Assembly: GCA_041645535.1 (NCBI GenBank)
Contig: JBAZPT010000002.1
Coordinates: forward strand, 170,853 to 234,852
Direction: 5' to 3'
From: Parcubacteria group bacterium
GTDB taxonomy: Bacteria > Patescibacteriota > Minisyncoccia > Moranbacterales > UBA2206
DNA: 64,000 nt
In this document: piece after piece, positions 26,011 to 33,576 of the stretch
Position numbering within the stretch: the first letter of the stretch is position 1
Layout: each line of letters opens with the position of its first letter
The notes under the pieces: model-generated
What the model saw: the letters and a program-made list of their open reading frames with translations, nothing else
Database searches by the model: none
Told to the model about the DNA's origin: nothing
Translations under genes and position numbers: made by a program

Positions 26011-26265
26011 ATGTTTTATATTTATGTTTTGCTGAGTAAAAAAGATAATAAATTTTATATTGGATATAGCTCTGATTTGAAAAAAAGAATAGAGGATCAT
26101 TGTGGTGGCAAGGTGGAAATTACAAAACATAGATTACCATTGAAACTAGTTTATTACGAGGCTTTTATAGATAAGGGAGCAGCAAGAAGACAAGAATTAT
26201 ACTATAAAACAGGACAAGGCAGAAGAATTTTAGGCAAAAGATTGGGTTTTTTGAAGAAAAAATAA
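26011..26265 (+). CDS. GIY-YIG nuclease-domain protein (84 aa, catalytic domain only), copy 1
   Basis: MFYIYVLLSKKDNKFYIGYSSDLKKRIEDH...YYEAF...AARRQE matches GIY/YIG, Arg and Glu motifs of UPF0213-type GIY-YIG proteins. Confidence 0.8.
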   Translation: MFYIYVLLSKKDNKFYIGYSSDLKKRIEDHCGGKVEITKHRLPLKLVYYEAFIDKGAARRQELYYKTGQGRRILGKRLGFLKKK

Positions 26266-26270
26266 ATTTT

Positions 26271-26305
26271 GGAGGCGTCGCATAGTGGCCTATTGCGCAT
26301 GCTTG
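26271..26305 (+). pseudogene. orphan 5' half of tRNA-Ser(GGA), copy 2
   Basis: Identical 35-mer. Confidence 0.85.
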
Positions 26306-26388
26306 TCCGCTCGGCTTCGCGAGCGGATCCGCTCACCCGCTCGCGCCATAGGCGCTGAGCTGGGCTGAGCGGAGAAAATTAAAATGAT

Positions 26389-26643
26389 ATGTTTTATATT
26401 TATGTTTTGCTGAGTAAAAAAGATAATAAATTTTATATTGGATATAGCTCTGATTTGAAAAAAAGAATAGAGGATCATTGTGGTGGCAAGGTGGAAATTA
26501 CAAAACATAGATTACCATTGAAACTAGTTTATTACGAGGCTTTTATAGATAAGGGAGCAGCAAGAAGACAAGAATTATACTATAAAACAGGACAAGGCAG
26601 AAGAATTTTAGGCAAAAGATTGGGTTTTTTGAAGAAAAAATAA
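26389..26643 (+). CDS. GIY-YIG nuclease-domain protein, copy 2 (identical)
   Basis: Protein identical to 26011-26265. Confidence 0.8.
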   Translation: MFYIYVLLSKKDNKFYIGYSSDLKKRIEDHCGGKVEITKHRLPLKLVYYEAFIDKGAARRQELYYKTGQGRRILGKRLGFLKKK

Positions 26644-26648
26644 ATTTT

Positions 26649-26735
26649 GGAGGCGTCGCATAGTGGCCTATTGCGCATGCTTGGAAAGCATGTTTGTCTG
26701 AAAGGGCATCGTGAGTTCGACTCTCACCGCCTCCG
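26649..26735 (+). tRNA. tRNA-Ser (anticodon GGA), class II with long variable arm
   Basis: Hand-folded. Acceptor GGAGGCG/CGCCTCC, anticodon stem CATGC/GCATG with loop TTGGAAA, T arm GTGAG-TTCGACT-CTCAC, discriminator G. CCA is not encoded. Confidence 0.85.
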
Positions 26736-26745
26736 CTAACTCAAA

Positions 26746-27147
26746 ATGACAAAAAAAGTAAGCCGGGAAAAATTTGAAGAAGTAGTGGCAGATGGAATGC
26801 AAGCCATTCCGGAAAAGTTTTTGGCGAAACTGGATAATGTGGCGATTGTAGTGGAATCGCAACCAACTCCGGCGCAGATAAAAAAACTGAAAATCCGCCA
26901 AGGCTGGTCATTGTTCGGGCTTTATGAAGGCGTGCCGCAGGCCGTGCGCGGAGCGCATTATTCTTCAGTTCTGCCGGACAAGATAACCATCTTTCAAAAG
27001 CCGATTGAAGAAGCGGCGCGGAGCGAGAAGGAAATAAAAGAAATTGTAAAAAATACGGTTTGGCACGAAATCGCCCATCACTTCGGGATGGGCGAAGCGA
27101 GAGTTCGCCAAGCCGAAGCCAGGCGAAAAAATAACCCCTACCATTAA
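26746..27147 (+). CDS. zincin-like metallopeptidase family protein (DUF1025-like)
   Basis: 133 aa, LFGLYEGVP...VWHEIAHHFGM (HExxH). Confidence 0.65.
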   Translation: MTKKVSREKFEEVVADGMQAIPEKFLAKLDNVAIVVESQPTPAQIKKLKIRQGWSLFGLYEGVPQAVRGAHYSSVLPDKITIFQKPIEEAARSEKEIKEIVKNTVWHEIAHHFGMGEARVRQAEARRKNNPYH

Positions 27148-27170
27148 ATGATAGGGGCTTTTCATCTCTT

Positions 27171-28541
27171 TTAAACAAGAGGAAGATAAATTACAAATAT
27201 CGTTGGGTCAGGCTTTTCCTTGTCTTTGTTATGGGGCTTTTTCTTGCGGCCGTTTTTAGGTTTTTCTTCCCTGGTCTTTTTTTGAAACTCTTGCAAAAAA
27301 ATTTTGCCCCCATGAGCTTTGATGATAGAAGATACGATAGATAAGCCACTGCCAATTTTTTTATTATTGGCACTGGAAAAGAGAAGAAAAATCTGATCTT
27401 TGATAAGCGGATTGATTGGCTGACCATCGTTTTCTATGGTGATTTTAATGTTTTTTGATACTGGAGAAACAGAACGGATGAGTACTCGGATGATAATTTT
27501 TTTGGCATCCGCTTCTACGGCATTCTCCATGAGTATCCTGAGGCAGTGCTTGAGCTGTTCATAGTCAAATTTGGCTGTCGCGTTTTTTGCTATCTTACAC
27601 AAATCAAGATTGATTGATATTGTATCTTGGCTTTGTTTTTTTTCAGCAATATATTGGTCAGTCAAATTCTTTAGAAAATCCCGGATATTATGTTCTCCGG
27701 TTACCAGGTTTGAGGCGCAAAATATGGTTGTGGCCATAGCCTCATCTGCTTTTTTAGAAAACTGATTAATGGCATGTTCTAATGTTTCTGTGCAAAAAAT
27801 CGCCCGTTCAATCATTTCCATTTTTTCTTTTGTTTCCCCCTCAACTTCTTTTTTCAGGCTGCTATGGACTCCCTGAAGTTTTTTTAGAAAAGGCTTGAGA
27901 GTAGTGTTCACATTGCGGATGATATCCTCAAATCCCCTCGATTGCTCTCCTAATGTTCTGATTCGAATGATTTTTTCCATTTCGCCCAGCTTTAATAGCT
28001 TTTGTTGATCATTGAGCATTATGGCTACCACGAGCTTAGCGATTTTATTAGCTTGAGAAGCAACCCGTTCAAACACCTCTTGGTTGTCTGTTTCGATAGC
28101 GTCGAAAATAATAATACCGAATGGCTCAATGTCATATCCGGAATCTCTTTTTTTATAATAAAGAGGAATGAAGAGTTGCTTCTTGATTTTAAAATGCTTA
28201 ATCATCGGAAGCATATATTTCACCTTTTCGCTTTTTGAGGAATCCGAAACATACACAATGTTTCCTTCATTGATGATTTTTTGCAGGTCTCGTCCTCCAA
28301 TTTCCGGTTGCAGATCAAGCCCAATTCCGTGATCGCTCTGAGGATAGCCGGCGGCGATCATAAGGGCATGCTTGTTTTTTTCGTCGCGGCTTTTTTTAAG
28401 AACGATGCAGCACCTGGAGCAGCCCATAATATAGCTCGCCAGTTCTGCGACACACATCAGCCGTTTTTCTGGATTAAGAAACATTTCTGACAGCAAATCA
28501 AGTATTTTTGTCCATTTTAAAACTGATCCGTTTTGATTCAT
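27171..28541 (-). CDS. GAF-domain histidine-kinase-like ATPase (orphan)
   Basis: 456 aa with a C-terminal HATPase_c-like N/G boxes (MENAVEAD, GSGLSIVSSIIKAHGGKIFL). No clear H-box and no response regulator nearby. Lys-rich tail. Confidence 0.55.
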   Translation of the reverse strand: MNQNGSVLKWTKILDLLSEMFLNPEKRLMCVAELASYIMGCSRCCIVLKKSRDEKNKHALMIAAGYPQSDHGIGLDLQPEIGGRDLQKIINEGNIVYVSDSSKSEKVKYMLPMIKHFKIKKQLFIPLYYKKRDSGYDIEPFGIIIFDAIETDNQEVFERVASQANKIAKLVVAIMLNDQQKLLKLGEMEKIIRIRTLGEQSRGFEDIIRNVNTTLKPFLKKLQGVHSSLKKEVEGETKEKMEMIERAIFCTETLEHAINQFSKKADEAMATTIFCASNLVTGEHNIRDFLKNLTDQYIAEKKQSQDTISINLDLCKIAKNATAKFDYEQLKHCLRILMENAVEADAKKIIIRVLIRSVSPVSKNIKITIENDGQPINPLIKDQIFLLFSSANNKKIGSGLSIVSSIIKAHGGKIFLQEFQKKTREEKPKNGRKKKPHNKDKEKPDPTIFVIYLPLV

Positions 28542-28748
28542 GACCCGCTACCTCCTTCCATTTATTTTGTGGTTATTTATTTGTATAAGAACTGCTCCTT
28601 TTCCTTGTTGGCCTAATGTTGGCATAAAACCGGCCGGGTTGGCAAGGGGGCCAAAAAAGGCGGATTCTGAAATCTTTTGCCTAAATCTCGGTAGTATAAT
28701 ATAGTAGAAACACCATAAAGCTTTATTTATACCATAAATACGCGATGA

Positions 28749-28869
28749 ACCCCGCACTAACTTATTACATTCGTAGAGTTTTTAGGGTAACTGCGGGTAA
28801 ATATAATTAATTTGTTTATTTTTACAATAATTCAATATACTGAATTATTGTAAAAAGTTAGTGCGGGGT
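28749..28869. repeat. inverted-repeat element A1 (arms ACCCCGCACTAACTT / AAGTTAGTGCGGGGT, 91-nt loop)
   Basis: 15-bp perfect arms at 28749-28763 and 28855-28869. The loop holds TTGTTT-18-TATACT and the nested palindrome 28823-28852. The dnaG GTG (28868) lies in the right arm. Confidence 0.9.
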
Positions 28870-30655
28870 GAATTCGGACATTGAAGAGATAAAATCCAGG
28901 CTTAATATTGTTGATGTTCTGGGGACTTACATCCGTCTTGAAAAGGCAGGCGCGAATTGGAGGGCGCTCTGTCCTTTTCATAATGAGAAGAGCCCGTCTT
29001 TTATGGTGAGCGAAGAGCGCCAGCGCTATCATTGTTTTGGGTGCCAAAAAGATGGCGATATTTTCAGTTTTGTGATGGAAATGGAGGGGCTGGAATTTAA
29101 AGACGCGCTGAATAATTTGGCGGAAAAAGCCGGAGTGGAACTCAAAAAAATGAATCCAAAACTGGCGGCCGAAAAAAACAAGACCTTGGAAATCTTGGAA
29201 CTGGCGGCTAAATTTTATGAAACCCAGCTGTGGAAAGGCGAGGGCAAGGAAAAAATAATCAAATATTTATACGACCGCGGGTTGAAAGATGAAGCGCTAA
29301 AAGAATTTCGTTTAGGCTACGCGCCCAAAGGCTGGAGAAATTTACTCCAATTTTTAGAAAAGCGCGGATACAAAACTGAAGAAATAAATAAAACCGGGCT
29401 TTTAGTAAAAAAAGAAAATAATAGTTATTATGACCGATTCCGCGACCGGATTATTTTCCCTATCGCGGATGTGAATGGAAAAGTCGTGGGTTATTCCGCG
29501 CGAGTGGCTCCGGGTGGCGATGAGTCGCAAGCCAAATATGTAAATACGCCGGAAACGGAAGTTTACCATAAAAGCAAAATTCTTTATGGAATCAACACGG
29601 CCAGGCAGGAAATGCGCCAAAAAGATTTTGTACTTTTGGTTGAGGGCAACACGGATGTCATCGCGGCCTGGCAGGCGGGACTCAAAAATACGGTGGCGGT
29701 TTCCGGCACGGCGCTGACTTCCGAGCAGGTGGGGATCATTAAAAGGTATACGGACAAAGTCAAGATGCTTTTTGATATGGACAGCGCCGGAGAAAACGCG
29801 ACGAAAAAAAGCATCAAAATTTGTTTTGAAAAAGAAATGGAAGTGAAAATTGTGACGCTTCCCGAAAGCAAGGACGCGGCCGAGCTGGCCCAGAAAGATC
29901 CGGAAAAACTCAAAACGGCGGTAAAAAAAGCAATAGGCGCGATGGAATATTTTTTTGAAAAGACATTCTCCCGCTATGACAAAAACAAAGTAGCGGATAA
30001 GAAAATTATTGCCGAAGAGCTTTTGGCGCAAATTAGCAATCTGGCCAGTGAAATTGAGAAGAGGCACTGGCTGAAAAAATTGGCCGCGGATTTGGAAATT
30101 GACGAAGCTGTGTTGACTGATATGCTCAAAAAAGCTACGCTTAGTGAAAGATTGGGCCGGCAGGCTCCGAGTGCCGAGATTCAGGAACCGTTTAATCCGA
30201 AAAAGAAGATGGAAACGCTTCTCAGGGATCTGGCCGGGCTGGCGCTGGTCTATGGGGATGTTTGGAAGAAAGTTTCTGGAGAAGAGGCATTGAAACCTTT
30301 TTTTCTAAAAGATAGCCTTCTGAGCGCGATTATAAAAAAGGGCAAAGAGGCGGAGTATAACTTCGACCGTTTTATAAAGGTTCTGGATAACCAGGAGCTA
30401 GCTGGTGATTTTGAAAAAATATATTTTGAAAAAAAATACCGGCTGGATCTGAATAATAATCTGGAAGAAGTTATTGCTGATGATCCCCTGGTAGAGGCGG
30501 AAAATATCCTGAAAGAAATAAAAAAGGAAATCAAGAAAGAGGAACTGGAAAAAATTACGCGGGATTTGAAAATCGCGGAAAAAAACAAAGATAAAGAAGC
30601 CATCCAATTCTTGCGTCTGGAAGTTAAAAAAATATCGGAAGAGATGACGGATTAG
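28868..30655 (+). CDS. dnaG: DNA primase
   Basis: 595 aa with zinc finger CPFHNEKSPSF...CFGC and a TOPRIM domain (LVEGNTDVIA). Confidence 0.9.
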   Translation: MNSDIEEIKSRLNIVDVLGTYIRLEKAGANWRALCPFHNEKSPSFMVSEERQRYHCFGCQKDGDIFSFVMEMEGLEFKDALNNLAEKAGVELKKMNPKLAAEKNKTLEILELAAKFYETQLWKGEGKEKIIKYLYDRGLKDEALKEFRLGYAPKGWRNLLQFLEKRGYKTEEINKTGLLVKKENNSYYDRFRDRIIFPIADVNGKVVGYSARVAPGGDESQAKYVNTPETEVYHKSKILYGINTARQEMRQKDFVLLVEGNTDVIAAWQAGLKNTVAVSGTALTSEQVGIIKRYTDKVKMLFDMDSAGENATKKSIKICFEKEMEVKIVTLPESKDAAELAQKDPEKLKTAVKKAIGAMEYFFEKTFSRYDKNKVADKKIIAEELLAQISNLASEIEKRHWLKKLAADLEIDEAVLTDMLKKATLSERLGRQAPSAEIQEPFNPKKKMETLLRDLAGLALVYGDVWKKVSGEEALKPFFLKDSLLSAIIKKGKEAEYNFDRFIKVLDNQELAGDFEKIYFEKKYRLDLNNNLEEVIADDPLVEAENILKEIKKEIKKEELEKITRDLKIAEKNKDKEAIQFLRLEVKKISEEMTD

Positions 30656-30701
30656 GTATAATTTAAAACAGCGACCCCAGCGAAAGTTTGAGCATGGCGA
30701 T

Positions 30702-30813
30702 CCCAGCACCAATTCCGATAGGGTTTTCTGCAAGCGTATAGTTTTGTCAGCGAATACGCCTGCGGCTTAGTTTAAAATATAATAATCAAATTAAAATAGC
30801 GAATTGGTGCGGG
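30702..30813. repeat. inverted-repeat element E (CCCaGCACCAATTC / GAATTGGTGCGGG, 85-nt loop) in the dnaG-rpoD spacer
   Basis: 13-bp arms with a one-base bulge. The arm sequence is intermediate between the A and D families. Confidence 0.65.
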
Positions 30814-30854
30814 ATGCTCATTTTTGTATCCACTCGCACAGCTCGCGGACAAAA

Positions 30855-32150
30855 ATGGCAAAAAAACGCCCTAAAAAACTCAAGCATAAACCCAAAAAGA
30901 CTGTAAAGAAAAAAAAGAGGCTGATGCGGCCGAAAATGAAAAAGAAAGTAAAGAAAGTAAAGAAAATTAAAACGCGCAAAAAGATCAGAAAACCGGCCAA
31001 AAAAGCCAGGCGGGCGCGCAAGGTTGCCAAAACAGCAGAGGAAAAAAGCAGAGGCAAGGACTTTGTCGGCGATTTGATCGTGCGCGGAAAACAGCGGGGT
31101 TTCATTACCGAAGATGAAATTTTACACGCCATTCCCAACGCGGAGCAGAATATTGAAGAGCTGGAAAGCCTGTATGAGCGGCTGGAAGAAATGGGCGTGC
31201 GGGTTATGGGATCAGACGAAATGCTTAAAATGGAAACAGACAAGCTTTCCGAAGATCTGGAGGATGAGAAAAAATCATCCAAGAAAAAGAAAAAGGAAAT
31301 GATGGATGTTCCGGACGACGCTTCATCGGACCTAGTGCAGATGTATCTGCGGGAAATCGGACGAGTGGATCTTTTAAAATCAGAAGAGGAAATCTCATTG
31401 GCTAAAAGAATTGAAAAAGGCGATCCGATGGCCAAGCAAAAACTCACCGAAGCCAACTTGCGGTTGGTGGTAAGTATCGCCAAAAAATATGTCGGGCGCT
31501 CGCACAATTTGTCGCTTCTGGATTTAATCCAGGAAGGCAACATCGGCCTCTTTCGCGCGGTGGAAAAATTTGATTATCGAAAAGGCTATAAATTTTCAAC
31601 TTATGCTACCTGGTGGATCCGCCAGGCAATTACGAGAGCCTTGGCTGACCAGTCGCGCACAATCCGCATTCCGGTGCATATGGTGGAAACAATCAATAAA
31701 TACACGCAAATCACCCGCAGACTCGTGCAGGATCTCGGGCGTGAACCGTTGCCGGAAGAAATCGCGGTGGAAATGGGACTGGAAGTTGACAAAATCCGCC
31801 ATATCCAAAAAATTTCACAGGAAACTGTGTCTCTGGAAACATCGGTGGGCGACAGCGAAGACGACAGCGTGCTGGGCGATTTCATCGAAGACACGGAAAC
31901 GATTATGCCGAATCAATCGGCTTCCCGCAAGCTCTTGAAAGATCATATCGTGGAAGTTTTAGATTCGCTGACTCCGCGCGAACAGAAAATTTTGAAAATC
32001 CGGTTTGGCCTAGAAGATGGCGTGATTCATACTCTTGAAGAAGTCGGGCAGGAGTTCGGCGTGACGCGCGAGCGCATCCGGCAGATTGAAGCCAAGGCGC
32101 TCGAAAAAATCCGCGACCACGCGTCCATTAAAAAACTACGGGATTATTAA
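30855..32150 (+). CDS. rpoD: RNA polymerase sigma factor RpoD (sigma-70) with lysine-rich N-terminal extension
   Basis: Regions 1.2-4.2 are present ([47 protein letters not shown]). ATG 30855 was preferred over the track start 30804. Confidence 0.9.
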   Translation: MAKKRPKKLKHKPKKTVKKKKRLMRPKMKKKVKKVKKIKTRKKIRKPAKKARRARKVAKTAEEKSRGKDFVGDLIVRGKQRGFITEDEILHAIPNAEQNIEELESLYERLEEMGVRVMGSDEMLKMETDKLSEDLEDEKKSSKKKKKEMMDVPDDASSDLVQMYLREIGRVDLLKSEEEISLAKRIEKGDPMAKQKLTEANLRLVVSIAKKYVGRSHNLSLLDLIQEGNIGLFRAVEKFDYRKGYKFSTYATWWIRQAITRALADQSRTIRIPVHMVETINKYTQITRRLVQDLGREPLPEEIAVEMGLEVDKIRHIQKISQETVSLETSVGDSEDDSVLGDFIEDTETIMPNQSASRKLLKDHIVEVLDSLTPREQKILKIRFGLEDGVIHTLEEVGQEFGVTRERIRQIEAKALEKIRDHASIKKLRDY

Positions 32151-32155
32151 ACTTG

Positions 32156-32237
32156 ACCCCGCACTAACTTTAGCCATTAAAAGTATGTCTGCAAAATATT
32201 ATCCAATTATTATTGTTGAGCAAAGTTAGTGCGGGGT
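32156..32237. repeat. inverted-repeat element A2 (arms ACCCCGCACTAACTTT / AAAGTTAGTGCGGGGT, 50-nt loop), probable rpoD terminator
   Basis: 16-bp perfect arms, same sequence as A1. Followed by TTGATTTTTTT. Confidence 0.9.
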
Positions 32238-32292
32238 TGATTTTTTTAATAAGGAGAGTATAATAAACCCTGTTTGAAAATTTAATATTTAT

Positions 32293-32576
32293 TCCGGCGT
32301 AGCTCAATGGTAGAGCAGTTGACTGTGAGATAAGCGCAGCTCTTCTTGGAAACTTGAAGATGAACTTTTCGGGATAACGGTGAAGGCTAAGTTCGCCTCG
32401 GCGAATAAGCTAATACCGTGGGAACCTCTCATGCTGAGGGGGCACCGTAGAGACTAGATACCGAAATACCTTAATCAAATTTATTTGAAAAGGTAAAGAT
32501 ATAGTCCACCCCTTTTGGAAACATTAGGATAAGTGTAATCAATTGGTTATAGGTTCGAATCCTATCGCCGGAGCCA
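32293..32576 (+). tRNA. tRNA-Asn (anticodon GUU) interrupted by a group I intron
   Basis: Exons 32293-32326 and 32536-32576 join into a perfect cloverleaf. Acceptor TCCGGCG/CGCCGGA, loop CTGT|TAA, T arm ATAGG-TTCGAAT-CCTAT, G73, CCA encoded. U1-A72 plus G73 are as in E. coli tRNA-Asn. Confidence 0.75.
32327..32535 (+). ncRNA. group I intron (209 nt, no ORF) in the anticodon loop
   Basis: The 5' exon ends in U and the intron ends in G. P1 is CUGU/GCAG (32336-32339) with U-G at the splice site. P7-like strands are AGACUA (32451-32456) and AUAGUC (32501-32506), in contexts resembling the Tetrahymena and Azoarcus cores. Confidence 0.8.
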
Positions 32577-32646
32577 ACAAAAATAACCCTTATTTACGGG
32601 GTTATTTTTTATACCCGAGTAGGACAGTAGAACTTGTGGTATAATT
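32570..32646 (+). repeat. direct repeat copy 1 (tRNA 3' end + terminator + TGgTATAAT promoter)
   Basis: 77 bp, matching 33172-33248 with about 4 mismatches. Confidence 0.85.
32583..32610 (+). terminator. rho-independent terminator after tRNA-Asn
   Basis: ATAACCC-ttatttac-GGGGTTAT followed by TTTTTT. Confidence 0.7.
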
Positions 32647-32672
32647 GGGACATAAATATTTTAAGAATAATT

Positions 32673-33140
32673 ATGAAAAAAGTTATTATAATTATAATCG
32701 CAATTTTAATAGCACTTTTTTTATTTAATGTTATTTTAGGGGTAATTAGAGGAATAACCAAGGCAGATGATTATTATGGAGAAAAAATGTTTTTTTATAA
32801 AAGAGATAGGATTTGCTATGAATGTATTGAAGGTGTCAGGAAAGGTTTTTGCCCAGCTATACTTAGTAATGAGGAAAAGTTTCAATATCCCAATGCCACT
32901 GAATATTCAGGCAGGAGAGATTTAAAGGTTGATGTAACTGATTACAGTGATGAAAATATAATAAAAAATAATGTTTGTGAAAGTTGGCATCACGATTTAA
33001 TAAGTAAAAAGGATTTTGATTATACAAGGATAGCAATGCCCGAAAAAAGTTATTCGTATTCAATACAGAAAGAAATCTATAGAGGATTTGAAGGTGTGGG
33101 TGTTTTATTATGTGGTATAATTCCAGGTTGTAGTTTTTAG
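32673..33140 (+). CDS. Cys-rich membrane-anchored/secreted hypothetical protein
   Basis: The track start 32634 was trimmed to ATG 32673 (MKKVIIIIIAILIALFLF). Multiple Cys residues, no family recognised. Confidence 0.5.
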   Translation: MKKVIIIIIAILIALFLFNVILGVIRGITKADDYYGEKMFFYKRDRICYECIEGVRKGFCPAILSNEEKFQYPNATEYSGRRDLKVDVTDYSDENIIKNNVCESWHHDLISKKDFDYTRIAMPEKSYSYSIQKEIYRGFEGVGVLLCGIIPGCSF

Positions 33141-33147
33141 CTAAAAC

Positions 33148-33178
33148 AGGTTCTAATGGCGTCCAGTCCGCGGAGCCA
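33148..33178 (+). pseudogene. decayed remnant of a tRNA 3' end (T arm + acceptor + CCA)
   Basis: AGGTTCTAATGG...CCGCGGAGCCA aligns with AGGTTCGAATCC...CGCCGGAGCCA of tRNA-Asn. Confidence 0.6.
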
Positions 33179-33248
33179 ACTAAAATAACCCTTATTTACG
33201 GGGTTATTTTTTATACCCAAGTAGGACGGTAGAACTTATGGTATAATT
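33172..33248 (+). repeat. direct repeat copy 2 (terminator + promoter)
   Basis: See 32570-32646. Contains a terminator at 33185-33212 and TGgTATAAT at 33239-33247. Confidence 0.85.
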
Positions 33249-33276
33249 TGAATATAGAAATTAATAAATAAAAATT

Positions 33277-33576
33277 ATGCAAATGAAACCACAAACAAAA
33301 TTAGGCAGATGGTCTGTATGGCTAAATGCTTTTTTTCTGATAACAATTGCTATTTCTGTTATTTTGGTCAATGTGCTTGGCATATTGTCCTATGATGACC
33401 ACTGGTGGGATGCGACTGTTCCAATTTTAGCTCTTGCAACTATCACTGCTTTTATTTTAGGGATTATAGCTATAATAAAAAATAAAGAGAGGTCTGTTTT
33501 TGTCTACTTATCGGTCATTATTGGTTTACTGGTTATTCTTTTTATTCCTTTGCATAGTTTATTTATTAATGATTAA
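33277..33576 (+). CDS. small membrane protein (3 TM)
   Basis: 99-aa hydrophobic ORF. Confidence 0.45.
   Translation: MQMKPQTKLGRWSVWLNAFFLITIAISVILVNVLGILSYDDHWWDATVPILALATITAFILGIIAIIKNKERSVFVYLSVIIGLLVILFIPLHSLFIND

Larger units (their letters stand above)
25893..26648 (+). repeat. exact tandem duplication, 2 x 378 bp (tRNA-Ser 5' half + GC-rich hairpins + GIY-YIG ORF)
   Basis: Units at 25893-26270 and 26271-26648. The ORF track shows identical proteins on both strands for the two units. Confidence 0.9.

Noticed and set aside
25928-26270. The sequence between the tRNA-Ser 5' half copies considered as a group I or group II intron with an intron-encoded GIY-YIG homing endonuclease.
   Set aside because: No 3' exon follows either copy; the next sequence is another 5' half. 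The putative 5' exon ends in G rather than U. Only about 85 nt of non-ORF RNA is available, which is too little for a group I core. No P7-type motifs are present, unlike the genuine intron at 32327-32535.
25893-26648. The 378-bp tandem repeat considered as a CRISPR array.
   Set aside because: There are only two units. Each is 378 bp long and contains a protein-coding gene. There are no short repeat/spacer alternations and no cas genes.
28749-28869. Inverted-repeat elements considered as invertible promoter switches (invertons).
   Set aside because: This is not excluded, but it is unsupported. The segments are only 36-106 bp, which is short for recombinase synapsis. No invertase or recombinase gene is in the window, and a single assembly orientation cannot show switching. 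It is kept as an alternative hypothesis in the findings.
32634-32672. N-terminal extensions suggested by the ORF track: 32634, 33500, 39152, 39821, 5255, 6189, 12372, 16627, 16650, 30804, 54338.
   Set aside because: The extensions run through promoters, terminators or hairpin motifs, or use non-ATG codons. Internal ATGs preceded by an SD or a -10 box, and followed by signal-peptide or conserved N-termini, fit better.
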